Positions 11,321 to 24,541 of a stretch of DNA of 64,000 bases are shown here, piece after piece. Each line of letters starts with the position of its first letter. The first letter of the stretch is position 1. The position numbers and the translations under genes are program-made. Source of the DNA: an uncultured delta proteobacterium (lineage in GTDB: Bacteria > Desulfobacterota > Desulfobacteria > Desulfobacterales > UBA2156); NCBI GenBank assembly GCA_963736855.1, contig CAVTQK010000024.1:1-64000 (forward strand), in the 5' to 3' direction. The notes beneath the pieces are model-generated. The model worked only from the letters and a program-made list of their open reading frames with translations. It made no database searches and was not told the origin of the DNA.

Positions 11321-11440
11321 TTAGCTTTTTACGTCGTACAATTATTAGCTTTTAGTGTGAGTGCAATCTTAGCTTATTCATCTGTATTATTATTAGCTTA
11401 TTATGTCAAGTCTATTTTAGCTTATTCTGTCATGCAATGA
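11321..11440. repeat. Five-unit degenerate tandem array with exact 24-bp period, upstream of the fic start
   Basis: TTAGCTT at 11321, 11345, 11369, 11393, 11417. Confidence 0.9.
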
Positions 11441-11770
11441 TTTGTTTTTATTCACAAGCGTTTTGGAAGACATTCAAAGATCCCCACTTTTTCTGATTCT
11501 GTCCTTTCAATACTCTCCGATTGGACCACTATGCTTCCTCGGGAAAGCCTCCTGTTCGGGGGGAACGTTTGTGCATATCGATCAAAAAATCGCTGTGTTC
11601 AGGTTTGAGATATGTCTCCAATCTCCAGAATATCAACTAGTTCGAATCTACAACACAACGTTATCTGGGAAAAGTAAGCGACGTGGAGGATATCCGATGG
11701 ATTGAAAATATTCACGGATAATACAAAAATCGAGGTACCTTTTATGGATACCCCGATTTTAACGATGGAT

Positions 11771-12100
11771 CTATTGGCTTAGTTTGGAACTGGCAATGCG
11801 ATTCAGGCTCACGCCGAATTCGGCAGCCTGAATCGCAAGCTGCCGATGGACATCCGGCGGGACTCGGACCATAAACTTGCCGCTGTAAGACCTGCATGCT
11901 ATGGGCTGGGGGACATCTTCCCCAGCTTTATTCATTTCCTTTATAACATCCGCCACCAATTTCCGGATGCCTCTTAATGCACCCTCAGGAGTGGGCGCTA
12001 ACCAACTTAAACTCGGAAACTCCGTACAGAGCCCCACGTGTTCATGATCATCTTCGGACCAAGTTACCCGGTAAGTATATCGATCATTTTTTAACGCCAT
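11771..12100 (-). CDS. hicB: HicB-family antitoxin
   Basis: YTYRVTWSEDD..VGLCTEFPSLSWLAPTPEGAL...YSGKFMVRVPPDVHRQLAIQAAEFGVSLN. Confidence 0.85.
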   Translation of the reverse strand: MALKNDRYTYRVTWSEDDHEHVGLCTEFPSLSWLAPTPEGALRGIRKLVADVIKEMNKAGEDVPQPIACRSYSGKFMVRVPPDVHRQLAIQAAEFGVSLNRIASSKLSQ

Positions 12101-12305
12101 GGCCGACCTCCAGTTTTTCAATGGCCAAAACCACCTGCTTCACTCGGTAAGTCTTGGCCTTTCCCTTATGGTTTTGGATATTGATTCTTGGATCCCTCTG
12201 CCACGGGGTTTTGTAAATCCGATGACTGCTTGCGGTTTGTTTCGGCTTTCCAAAGAAATTTTCACATACTTTGCATAAATCATTGAACCTGACAGTACCC
12301 GGTTC
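12084..12305 (-). pseudogene. hicA: HicA-like toxin, 5'-truncated
   Basis: Manual translation VRFNDLCKVCENFFGKPKQTASSHRIYKTPWQRDPRINIQNHKGKAKTYRVKQVVLAIEKL; in-frame TGA just upstream and no start codon. Confidence 0.7.
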
Positions 12306-12360
12306 GGGTCAGCCTTACCTGGCTCCGATTCTGTGACCAGCAGATTGTAACGGCCTAAAG

Positions 12361-12396
12361 AAAACGCGGCGTTTCAGATTGTATTGAAACGCCGCG
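12361..12396 (-). terminator. Intrinsic terminator downstream of katG
   Basis: 12-bp perfect stem cgcggcgtttca/tgaaacgccgcg followed by a T run on the minus strand. Confidence 0.65.
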
Positions 12397-12525
12397 CTCA
12401 TATGTTGCCAATAGCCTCCGTGAGCGTCAAAAGATCCGTCAGTTCGTGGCGGTTATCGCTTCCTGATCATCCGATTTGCAGTTCAGAATACGCTTCAGAA
12501 GCCCTCGAAAACGTTTATGCTACGA

Positions 12526-14749
<2,224 letters not shown>

Positions 14750-14892
14750 TTATGCACCATGCTGCTATGAATATCGTGCTTCGGTGCCTATCTGGTTAAT
14801 TAACTTTAGCGGACTTATCGATTGATTTTGGTAACAATGGGAGACTTGAAGGATCGTTAGAAGAACGTCGCACCATTCTTTGAGCGCAAAAT

Positions 14893-14971
14893 CCGGGGCC
14901 GGCTGTCATTACATTCCAATTATCAGCAACAGGGGCACCAATATTATTGGTCAGTTTTCCCTTTCAGCCAT
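14893..14971 (-). pseudogene. N-terminal ~26-codon remnant of a monofunctional catalase
   Basis: GAGGAGG RBS, then MAER(fs)KLTNNIGAPVADNWNVMTAGP, matching the typical KatA start LT...GAPV.DN.N..TAGP. Confidence 0.65.
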
Positions 14972-14992
14972 ATTGACCTCCTCATTCATTTG

Positions 14993-15020
14993 ATTATAGA
15001 AATAAAATATCATATAATAA
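14993..15020. promoter_or_regulatory. Candidate PerR/Fur box
   Basis: AT-rich inverted arrangement attata...tataat between perR and the catalase start; position-based inference. Confidence 0.35.
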
Positions 15021-15049
15021 CAAATATCAATTGATAGCAAAAAAATATA

Positions 15050-15503
15050 TTAAATTTTCTCTGCCATACAATTGCTGCATATACCGAAAAAGTCCAACCT
15101 ATGATTCAGAATTTTAAAATTAGTCTCTAATGCGACCTCTTTTTTCATTTCATCCAAGCTATCCAGGTCTGGATCGATAATTTTTTTACACTTGATACAG
15201 ATGACGTGTGGATGGGGATAAGGCTTGTTTCCATCATATCGGTTGCTCCCATCCGGGAAACCTAACTCAAGAACTTCACCAAGTGACTTAATTAATACAA
15301 TATTTCTGTATACAGTGGCAAGACTCATGGTCGGGAAAGTCTTTTTTTATCTGGACATGGATATTTTCAACACTGGGATGGCCTTCATTTTTGGCAAGAA
15401 TTTTAACGATAGCCAGTCGCTGAGGCGTTATCTTGTGGCCATTATCCCTTAATTTTTGGATGATGGTTTCAAATCTTTTTTTATGGTATGCCATCTTAAG
15501 CAT
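15050..15503 (-). CDS. perR: Fur-family regulator, PerR-like, one frameshift near 15330
   Basis: KITPQRLAI...HPSVE...MSLATVYRN...RYDGNKPYPHPHVICIKC...FGICSNC; directly upstream of catalase genes. Confidence 0.8.
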
Positions 15504-15537
15504 TTTTATCCTAAATAATATTTCTTTTCAATTAACA

Positions 15538-15880
15538 TTAATTTCCTTTTGAGTCAACTCCTATTTTAATCAGTACCTGAGCAAAGTCGCAATAAATGCG
15601 CCAATCCCTTCCTTCGTTTGCATCGGCAAGAGTGCTTTTGGCAACATGGCTCTGAATACCAACGTGATGGAGCTTGTTATGCATGGCCCGTAAACATAAA
15701 ACCGTATCCCGAAGACTGTCACGGTAGGTCAACTGGGCAAACGCCATGCAGAGAAACTGTTCATAACATGTCAAAGAACGAATTCGACAATTTCCTGCTA
15801 GTACATAACGTTGAAATGAAGAGGGAGTTTCATGTCCCGACTTCTGGCTTTGGGATGTAAACAAAAAGTGTTCTTGATAC
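15538..15880 (-). mobile_element. IS4-family transposase N-terminal fragment (DUF4372-like)
   Basis: CYEQFLCMAFAQLTYRDSLRDTVLCL...KSTLADANEGRDWRIYCDFAQVLI; truncated. Confidence 0.8.
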
Positions 15881-16017
15881 GTCTAAACAGTAGCGGTTAT
15901 TTAAAGAATTATTTTTGCCACGCTGAACATGTTAAAGTAACGATCAAAGATCTTGTCGTACGAGTCATGCGGAATCTCGTTCCTAAAGAGAAACAACAAA
16001 AGACAGGGGACTGGTTT

Positions 16018-17532
16018 ATGAAAACAATGCGATTTTACACATATATTTTTTGGATTTTGACATTGATCGCAATAGGGTCGGAGTTCGGCCTTCAATCGGG
16101 TATGGCTGCAGAGAACACAACTCCGGCTCCGATAGCGGAGGAAGATATGGAAGTGCTTGCCTCTGGTCCTATTCATGAGGCCTTTGCCGAGGCAATAGCT
16201 TTGGAACCCGAGCCGGGGATCGATTCGCCCAAAGAGCCGCCTCCCCTCATTGAGGAAATGCCGCCTAATCAGAAGCCTGAGGGAAATGTCCAGTGGATTC
16301 CCGGCTACTGGATTTGGGATGATGATCGGAACGACTATATCTGGGTGAGCGGGATCTGGAGGGTACCACCGCCAGGTCGACAATGGGTGCCGGGTTATTG
16401 GAATCCTGTGGGGAATGGATATCAGTGGGTTTCCGGCTATTGGGCTGCTATAGAAGAACAAGAAACCGAATACCTGCCTGAACCACCTGAATCTGTTGAA
16501 GTCGGTCCCAGCAGTTATGCTCCTTCACCCGATTACATTTGGATCCCCGGTTGCTGGGTATGGGTAAGTGGACGTTATGCCTGGCGGCCGGGATATTGGA
16601 CAACCGCTCATTCGAACTGGATCTGGGTGCCTGCCCACTACAATTGGACGCCGAGGGGGTATATCTTTGTCGGCGGTTACTGGGACCATATTGTTATCCA
16701 TCGGGGAGTTCTATTCGCGCCGGTTTTTTTCCGGCCGCGGGTACACCTTGGATGGTTCTTTTCATTCTCACCCGGTTTTGTGATCGATTTAAATATATTC
16801 GACGATGCTCTATTTCTTCGACCACGTTACCGCCACTATTATTTTGGAGATTATTACGCTCCCCATTACTACAGAAGGGGGATCTATCCATGGTTTTCCT
16901 TACATGCGAGACGGAATGTCTATGATCCGATTTACGCCCATCAACGATGGCATCATCGCAAAGATCGGGATTGGGAGAACCGATTGGAGAAAAATTTTAG
17001 GGAACGCCGCGATCACGAGGAGTTGCGGCCACCACGGAGCTATGATCGCTTTTCAAAGGCCAACGATGTCACCAGGTCGGCGGCGCACAAACGGCCCAAC
17101 TTTGTCATGCCGCTTGACCGCATTGGAAAAAACCAGGTCGGCGCCTATCGTTTCAAGCCAATGAGTGAAACAGAAAGAAATAATTTTATGAAACTGGAGA
17201 AAGAGGTCGGCAACTATCGACAGGAACGTCAGAATCGCGAGACCTTTAAGCAGAACATACCGGACAAGCCTTCGCAAAAAGTTGAGCCTAACAGGGAAAA
17301 ATTTTCCAGGTCTCCTATTCTTGACAGGTCGAGCAGAAACTCTGTTGAACAAAAAGCGCTGCCCGTTCGCCAAAAAGAGCCGCAACCCAACCTGAATATC
17401 GAACCTTTGGAGAGACAAAAAAACATATTCAACCCAATAGATAAATCCCAGAATAAGGAGAGTCGGATGAATTCCGATAACGGCCGGCAAAAAACAGATT
17501 TTAGAAAACAAGGGGGAAATAAGGGAAAATAA
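16018..17532 (+). CDS. Exported WxxGxW-repeat protein with basic low-complexity C-terminus
   Basis: N-terminal hydrophobic segment; WIPGYW, WVSGIW, WVPGYW, WVSGYW, WIPGCW, WRPGYW, FVGGYW. Confidence 0.75.
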   Translation: MKTMRFYTYIFWILTLIAIGSEFGLQSGMAAENTTPAPIAEEDMEVLASGPIHEAFAEAIALEPEPGIDSPKEPPPLIEEMPPNQKPEGNVQWIPGYWIWDDDRNDYIWVSGIWRVPPPGRQWVPGYWNPVGNGYQWVSGYWAAIEEQETEYLPEPPESVEVGPSSYAPSPDYIWIPGCWVWVSGRYAWRPGYWTTAHSNWIWVPAHYNWTPRGYIFVGGYWDHIVIHRGVLFAPVFFRPRVHLGWFFSFSPGFVIDLNIFDDALFLRPRYRHYYFGDYYAPHYYRRGIYPWFSLHARRNVYDPIYAHQRWHHRKDRDWENRLEKNFRERRDHEELRPPRSYDRFSKANDVTRSAAHKRPNFVMPLDRIGKNQVGAYRFKPMSETERNNFMKLEKEVGNYRQERQNRETFKQNIPDKPSQKVEPNREKFSRSPILDRSSRNSVEQKALPVRQKEPQPNLNIEPLERQKNIFNPIDKSQNKESRMNSDNGRQKTDFRKQGGNKGK

Positions 17533-17579
17533 AAAACGGTAAACCATACGAAGGCTATTTCATCAGCCCTGCTGCCAAG

Positions 17580-17807
17580 GAGCCCCTGGTCCTGCTGATT
17601 CATGACTGGGACGGACTAACCGATTACGAGGTCAAGCGGGCCAATCTGACCAAGGAGCTGGAGCGCTTCGGTGTGTCCTACGAGATGATTACATACAGCG
17701 GTGCGCCGCATGCTTTTACCGTGTTCGGCACCGACCGCTATCGCGAAGATGCCGACCAGAAATCGTGGCGGCGGTTCACCGAGTTCCTCAACGATACTTT
17801 GAAGTGA
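17580..17807 (+). pseudogene. Dienelactone hydrolase-family C-terminal remnant
   Basis: Manual translation ELERFGVSYEMITYSGAPHAFTVFGTDRYREDADQKSWRRFTEFL; no intact 5' part. Confidence 0.65.
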
Positions 17808-17811
17808 CCGG

Positions 17812-18138
17812 TTACAGACTTCTCATTAGCCAGTGCCACAGGGCGAAACAGGCCATGCCGCCAACAATGGTGATCAGCAGGTTTTTGCTCAGTTTACCGA
17901 TAATCACGGTTGCCACAGCCCCGACCAGGTAGGCGTTGAAGACGGACAGCTGAAATGTTCGTCCGTCAGGGTAGAGAACTGCCGGAACAATGATGGCGGT
18001 TAGGACAACGGGCGGCACATAGCGCAGGGCACGCTGGACACTTTCGGACAGGTTGATACGGCTGGACAGAGGCAGTAGCACGTAGCGTATAGAAAAAGTC
18101 GCCAAAGCCATACCGGCGACCATATAAAAAGTCTCCAT
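17812..18138 (-). CDS. azlD: AzlD-family branched-chain amino acid export subunit
   Basis: GMALATFSIRY...ALRYVPPVVLTAIIVP; follows azlC. Confidence 0.85.
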   Translation of the reverse strand: METFYMVAGMALATFSIRYVLLPLSSRINLSESVQRALRYVPPVVLTAIIVPAVLYPDGRTFQLSVFNAYLVGAVATVIIGKLSKNLLITIVGGMACFALWHWLMRSL

Positions 18139-18140
18139 AA

Positions 18141-18872
18141 TTAATCCCCCCGGGAACCGGACGCGTGAATGCGCCTCCCCTGAAGCATTTCGGCGGTTAC
18201 GCCGGCGGCCATACCGATAACGGTGGCTATGATCAGCCCCAGTTTATGAGGCATGCCCTGGAACGCCAGGGCTCCGGCAGCGGACGCCAGCACGGCAATG
18301 TAGGTGGGTTTGTCCTTTAAATAAGGGATAACCATACCGATGAAGGCCGCCACCATGGCGAAATCCAGGCCCCATCCGCCGATTCCCTGAAGCATACGAC
18401 CGGCCACCAGTCCCACGATGGTACAGATGTTCCAGTTGGTGTACATGAAGGTCATGGACCCCAACTGGTACCAGTGTTTGTAAGGGCTGTCGTCGTTGTG
18501 GTACCAGCGACCCACGGCCACGGCGAAGGTCTCGTCGGTCAGGCCGAAGGTCAGCACCACCTGCCACCTGCGCGGCAGGGTTTTCAGGTAGTCAAGCAGG
18601 GTGGCGGTATAGAGCAGGTGCCGGAAATTGACCACAAAGGTGGTCAGCACGATCATGGGCCACATGGTTCCGGCCCCCACCAGTCCCATGGCAATGAACT
18701 GGGACGAACCCGCGAAAACGAACAGGCTCATTCCCAAAGTACCCGCCGCCGACAGTCCGGCACCGCATGACAGAGTTCCGAAAATGATGCCAAACGGGAC
18801 TGCACCGATTACCAGGGGCAGGGTGTCGCGGGCTCCTTTACAGAATTCTCGGCGTCGGGTGGGCTGTTCCAA
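18141..18872 (-). CDS. azlC: AzlC-family permease
   Basis: [47 protein letters not shown]. Confidence 0.9.
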   Translation of the reverse strand: MEQPTRRREFCKGARDTLPLVIGAVPFGIIFGTLSCGAGLSAAGTLGMSLFVFAGSSQFIAMGLVGAGTMWPMIVLTTFVVNFRHLLYTATLLDYLKTLPRRWQVVLTFGLTDETFAVAVGRWYHNDDSPYKHWYQLGSMTFMYTNWNICTIVGLVAGRMLQGIGGWGLDFAMVAAFIGMVIPYLKDKPTYIAVLASAAGALAFQGMPHKLGLIIATVIGMAAGVTAEMLQGRRIHASGSRGD

Positions 18873-18989
18873 AATAGGTTCCTCATATGTTCACGCAACA
18901 TTGTCCCCCAAAGTTTGAAATGCGCTATCTATACGATATTTCATTGAATGCCAAGGGGATTGTACAATGGAATCTCCAACTCTTTTTCA

Positions 18990-19520
18990 TTTTTTCGACC
19001 CACCCAACTTTTATTTCTTAAACAAACTCGAGTAAAAAATTATTTGCCGGCTTTGATTTACCTTGGTGTTGACCATGGTTCATCAAAGCAAGAAGCTTTA
19101 AATCTCAAGTGGGATGATATTGATTTCAACTTCGATGATAGAGGTCGAATCCGCTTTTATCGAACAAAAAACGAGTGAGAGCGCACTGAATACTTAATGC
19201 CAGGGCTCGAAAAGCCTGGCTTATTTGGAAGGCCCATCTCAAGCGGATGCGAAGCCGAAAAAAGATTGATGTCAAGGGAGGAAGGTTGGGTTTTTCTCAT
19301 ATAAATGGAGATCGACTTTTGCGGTTTGAAAGCGCTTGGGGACAAATATGCAACCAGCGGGTTTAAAAGACTTCCATTTTCATGACTTTACGCACACTTC
19401 CGTCAACCTGTCTGTCAGGATGAGCACAAGGATGTAAAAGCGGTGATGACCATTGGACTTGCCATGGGCTGATCGATATCTCACCTGGCAAGCATCACAA
19501 AAGATTACAGCAGGACAAGC
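18990..19520 (+). pseudogene. Degraded tyrosine recombinase/integrase C-terminal domain
   Basis: ALIYLGVDHGSSKQEALNLKWDDIDF...FYRTKN (box I-like); gacttccattttcatgac...cacact = DFHFHD..HT (box II) at ~19368-19400; adjacent to a tRNA 3' end. Confidence 0.7.
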
Positions 19521-19652
19521 TCGCCAATTAATACGAGAAAAGCGGATTAGACTCGGGTGAAAGTGGAATGTGGTACAACCTAGGATACAAAATCGCTCTG
19601 AAAAGCAAAAAAGAATTTATGATCAGTCTAAGTAACTTCTTTTTGATTTTAT

Positions 19653-19729
19653 TGGTCGGGGCGATTGGATTTGAACCAACGACCCCTTGAACCCCATTCA
19701 AGTGCGCTACCAGTCTGCGCCACGCCCCG
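19653..19729 (-). tRNA. tRNA-Pro(GGG)
   Basis: CGGGGCGTGGCGCAG...CTTGA-AT-GGG-GT-TCAAG...GGTTCAAATCC...CGCCCCGACCA. Confidence 0.95.
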
Positions 19730-19856
19730 ACTCTCAATTTTGGTATCAATATCAATCTGCCATTGTCATGTCAAGAAGGGATGTGCTATCGATAATTGAG
19801 ATTGTGCTTGAGAATATGTTCGGGTCATCTTGGATCATTTTTCATATGGAATCAAC

Positions 19857-20771
19857 ATGTTGAAGATACCGGCGAAAGATCGGATGATCCTGCCGAAGCC
19901 CATGGCCGAATGGGGAACCCTCGGAGTGGCGGCCCCGGCAGGCCGGTTTGACCCGGCGGCCTTGAAAGAAGGGCTGGCTGTTTTAGCCGAGATGGGGTTT
20001 AGGACCGTCCTGCCTGAAGGCCTGTTTGAAAGCTGTGGATATTTGGCCGGAACGGACGCCCACCGGGCGGCCCTGATCCATGAAATGTTTAGCGATGACG
20101 CCATCGATGGGATCATCTGCGCACGGGGAGGCTACGGTTCCATGCGGATTCTGTCCATGTTGGATCTCGATCTCGTCCGGAAAAATCCCAAACCCTTTAT
20201 AGGATTCAGCGATATAACCGCCCTTTTGAATACCCTGTATTTCAAAGGAGGGCTTGTTACCTATCACGGCCCTGTGGTCACTACCCTTGCCGGCGCTCCC
20301 GTGAAGACCAGAAAGGCACTGCTCAAGGCCCTATCCCGATCCGAGGTTCTCGAGGTTCCTTCATCAGGATCGTCGGTCATCCGACCGGGGAAAGCCGAAG
20401 GGATCCTCATGGGCGGGAACCTGACCACCCTGTGCCACCTCGTAGGGACCCCCTTTGCGCCACGGTATCAGGGCGTCATCCTGTTTCTGGAAGATAAAGG
20501 GGAGCCTCCATACCGGATCGACCGGATGCTCGCACAGATGCGGCTTTCCGGCTGTTTCAAAGGGATTGCGGGGGTGGCCTTAGGTGATTTTGTCGATTGC
20601 GGAAAAAAGCGCGAGATTTACGATATCGTCCGGGACTGTCTTGCGGAACATCGAATTCCTATCCTTGGCGGATTCGAAATCGGGCATGGGAAAATCAACC
20701 GGACGGTCCCGATAGGGCTTCCGGCTACTTTGGACACGGACCGGCGATCCCTGGTCGTGCAATGGCCCTAA
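19857..20771 (+). CDS. ldcA: LD-carboxypeptidase (peptidase S66)
   Basis: CARGGYGS, FIGFSDIT, GGNL, LFLEDKGE..YRIDRML, IGH. Confidence 0.9.
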   Translation: MLKIPAKDRMILPKPMAEWGTLGVAAPAGRFDPAALKEGLAVLAEMGFRTVLPEGLFESCGYLAGTDAHRAALIHEMFSDDAIDGIICARGGYGSMRILSMLDLDLVRKNPKPFIGFSDITALLNTLYFKGGLVTYHGPVVTTLAGAPVKTRKALLKALSRSEVLEVPSSGSSVIRPGKAEGILMGGNLTTLCHLVGTPFAPRYQGVILFLEDKGEPPYRIDRMLAQMRLSGCFKGIAGVALGDFVDCGKKREIYDIVRDCLAEHRIPILGGFEIGHGKINRTVPIGLPATLDTDRRSLVVQWP

Positions 20772-20883
20772 AAGTCCTTCCTTTCCGGTCAGGGTTCCAT
20801 GAGAGTCCACTTTCCCCCGGTCCTCACGCGGGAGAGGTCCGATCCTGCAGCCGGGGCCTCGTGCGTCTTTCGGTCACAGGTCC

Positions 20884-21960
20884 ATGAAATCACTTAATAC
20901 CCTCATGGAATGCGGAATAACTGAAGGGGTGTTTCCCGGAGGGGTGCTGCTGGTAGCCGGGAAAGGCGAAATCCTTTTCCTTGGGGCTTATGGGTATGCC
21001 GATCTTTTTTCCCGCCGGAAGATGATGCCGGAAACCATTTTCGACCTGGCTTCCCTCACCAAACCTCTTGCCACGGCTTTAGCTGTTCTTCATCTTCATC
21101 AGGGAGGAAAACTCAGCGTGGAACAGCCCGTGGCAGATTTATTGCCGATCTTCCAGGGACGGGAGAAAAGTCGGATCACCCTTCGGCATCTTCTTGTCCA
21201 CGAATCCGGTCTCCCGTCTTACCGCCCGTATTATTTAAGACTGTCGGGGGTCCACCCCTTGAAGAGAAAGGAGAATTTGAGGTTATTGTTGGCGGATGAA
21301 AGGCTCGAATACCCGATCGGCAGCCGGGTGCTTTATAGCGACCTGGGATTTATGCTTTTGGAATGGGTGGCGGAAGCGGCCGCAGGAAGACCCTTAGATG
21401 TCTATCTTAAAAGTCATGTTTATGGCGGGATTTATAAATCCAACGAAAATGGTCTCTTTTTCCCGGAACTCAGATTCCAAGACTGCGACAAACCCTTTGC
21501 CGCCACCGAGTTTTGCACCTGGAGAAACCGGCTGATGATCGGTAAGGTTCACGATGAAAATGCTTATATCGTTGGTGGAATTTCAGGGCATTCGGGGCTT
21601 TTCGGAAGTGCCGGGGATGTCTGGAGGTTGCTGTCTCGTCTTATCGGCAGCTTCCTTGGGAAAATCCAAAAACCCCTTTTTCGGCAGGAGATCATGGAAA
21701 TGGCTTTCCGACCCTCACCCGTCGGCGGCAGGACGATAGGCTTTGACACTCCCTCTTCGGAAAAGGCTAGCTGCGGCCGTCATTTCTCGAAAAGGACAGT
21801 GGGACACCTCGGCTTTACAGGGACATCTTTCTGGATCGATCTCGAAAGAGATGTGACGGTCATCTTGTTGACCAATCGGGTTCATCCTTTTCGGGGAAAC
21901 GAAAAAATCCGGACGTTTCGACCCATGATACATGATGCCGTCATGGAGGTCTTTGGATAA
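20884..21960 (+). CDS. Beta-lactamase-like serine hydrolase
   Basis: FDLASLTK (SxxK), LLVHESGL, YSDLGF, GHSGLFG, GHLGFTGTS, LTNRVHP. Confidence 0.9.
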   Translation: MKSLNTLMECGITEGVFPGGVLLVAGKGEILFLGAYGYADLFSRRKMMPETIFDLASLTKPLATALAVLHLHQGGKLSVEQPVADLLPIFQGREKSRITLRHLLVHESGLPSYRPYYLRLSGVHPLKRKENLRLLLADERLEYPIGSRVLYSDLGFMLLEWVAEAAAGRPLDVYLKSHVYGGIYKSNENGLFFPELRFQDCDKPFAATEFCTWRNRLMIGKVHDENAYIVGGISGHSGLFGSAGDVWRLLSRLIGSFLGKIQKPLFRQEIMEMAFRPSPVGGRTIGFDTPSSEKASCGRHFSKRTVGHLGFTGTSFWIDLERDVTVILLTNRVHPFRGNEKIRTFRPMIHDAVMEVFG

Positions 21961-22108
21961 TCTTTTTACTTGTATTGCCCGATGGTTTCTGTTAACTATT
22001 CAATTTTATGAGAAGAACCATTGGGTTCGCCAATTTTCAGGTATTGATGCACCCATATGACCCAAAACGAAAAGAGGCATTAGCAGCGCTGAAACGCTTG
22101 GCCGATAA

Positions 22109-23158
<1,050 letters not shown>

Positions 23159-23162
23159 GGAT

Positions 23163-23999
23163 ATGCTTTCAAGGAAGATGGCGATAATCGCCGGTGTGGT
23201 CTTTTTATTCGCCGTCAATGTAATCGTCCTTTCCGTCATGGCCAAACACCGGCAACCCGTTTCGGGGATTGAGAGGGCCGCGCTATTTATCACCGCCCCC
23301 ATCCAGACGGCATTCCACCACGCCGTGAAATGGACGAATAATCTGTGGCGTCAATATTTTTTTCTGGTTTTCACCGCTAAAGAGAATGAAAACCTGAAGG
23401 AAGCGCTCAAGCTGGCCCTGGAAAAAAACCGATGGCACACTGAAATCGAATCGTCCAATGCCCGCTTAAGGAAGCTCCTTGATTTCCAAGAGACAACCTC
23501 TTTTAAGATGATCGCTGCGGAAGTGGTGGGAAAGGACCCCTCGCCCTGGTTTAAAACCATTGTAGTGAATAAGGGCGCAGCCCAAGGAGTCCTGAAGGGT
23601 CTTCCCGTCGTCACTCCGGAAGGGATTGTGGGTCAGGTGATCGAAAGTGCGTCGGGATATTCCAAAGTCATGCTGATCATCGACCAGAACAGCGCCGTAG
23701 ATGCTTTGATCCAGAGAACCCGGGCGCGGGGGATCATCCAAGGGGAGTCAGGGGGCGGATTCAATTTTAAATATGTACTTCGAAAGGAAGATGTCAGGGT
23801 CGAGGACAGAGTGGTATCTTCCGGGCTTGACGGTGTCTTTCCGAAGGGATTCGATTTGGGTCATGTTTCAGGCGTCGTGAGGCCCATGGCCGGCATGTTT
23901 CAGGTGGTTACCGTCCTGCCTTCTGTGGATTTCGATAAGTTGGAAGAGGTGTTCATCATTTTAAATCCTTCCGATTGGGAATCCATGAGATCCCAGTGA
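23163..23999 (+). CDS. mreC: Rod shape-determining protein MreC
   Basis: ENENLK, NARLRKLL, SSGLDGVFPKG; synteny. Confidence 0.92.
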   Translation: MLSRKMAIIAGVVFLFAVNVIVLSVMAKHRQPVSGIERAALFITAPIQTAFHHAVKWTNNLWRQYFFLVFTAKENENLKEALKLALEKNRWHTEIESSNARLRKLLDFQETTSFKMIAAEVVGKDPSPWFKTIVVNKGAAQGVLKGLPVVTPEGIVGQVIESASGYSKVMLIIDQNSAVDALIQRTRARGIIQGESGGGFNFKYVLRKEDVRVEDRVVSSGLDGVFPKGFDLGHVSGVVRPMAGMFQVVTVLPSVDFDKLEEVFIILNPSDWESMRSQ

Positions 24000-24541
24000 A
24001 ACTTTTCCAATACGCAATAGAGTGCCTCTTCATTATCCTCTTTCAGGTTTCCCTTGTGCCTTCGCTCCCTTTTTCGGAGTATGTTTTTGATCCGGCAATA
24101 CCCTATGTGCTGTACATCAGCCTTTTTCGGCCCAGCCGTTCAGTGTTTATGGTATCTCTTGTCCTCGGATTGATAATGGACGGCATTTCCGGCGCGCCCT
24201 TTGGATTGTACACCACCACCTATTTATGGATGACGGTTGCAGTGAGGCAGATAACAACTCTTATTCGCATGGATCAGACTTGGATGATCCAGTTGTTCAC
24301 GGGATTGGGAATCTTATTTGAAGGGATGGTCCTGTTGGGGATGACCACCTTGATCGATCCCGGATTCAGGATACCCATTACCGCGGTGGAACGGATCGCG
24401 ATTCAGGTACTCCTGGCGGTCTTTTCTGTTCCTTTTCTGTTTTCCTTGCTCCGCCGGTTTCAGGCAGTATGGGATGCTTTCGTTATTGGATCTCAACCGG
24501 GGCCTGGGAGAAAGCGGTGGCTGACTACCTCAAATGTATAG
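23996..24541 (+). CDS. mreD: Rod shape-determining protein MreD
   Basis: Hydrophobic, LGLIMDGISGAPFGLY; between mreC and mrdA; GTG start overlaps the mreC stop. Confidence 0.8.
   Translation: MKLFQYAIECLFIILFQVSLVPSLPFSEYVFDPAIPYVLYISLFRPSRSVFMVSLVLGLIMDGISGAPFGLYTTTYLWMTVAVRQITTLIRMDQTWMIQLFTGLGILFEGMVLLGMTTLIDPGFRIPITAVERIAIQVLLAVFSVPFLFSLLRRFQAVWDAFVIGSQPGPGRKRWLTTSNV

Noticed and set aside
11321..11440. CRISPR array interpretation of the 24-bp-period repeat
   Set aside because: The conserved part is only 7-9 bp, units are 24 bp, inter-repeat parts are partly similar to each other, and there are no cas genes in the window
11183..11440. ORF with 8-residue periodicity (LAF/LAY repeats)
   Set aside because: Antisense to the fic start; the periodicity is a by-product of the 24-bp DNA array
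14790..14850. Possible OxyR site upstream of katG (attg-N10-caat)
   Set aside because: Spacing does not match the ATAG-N7-CTAT pattern and no oxyR gene is present
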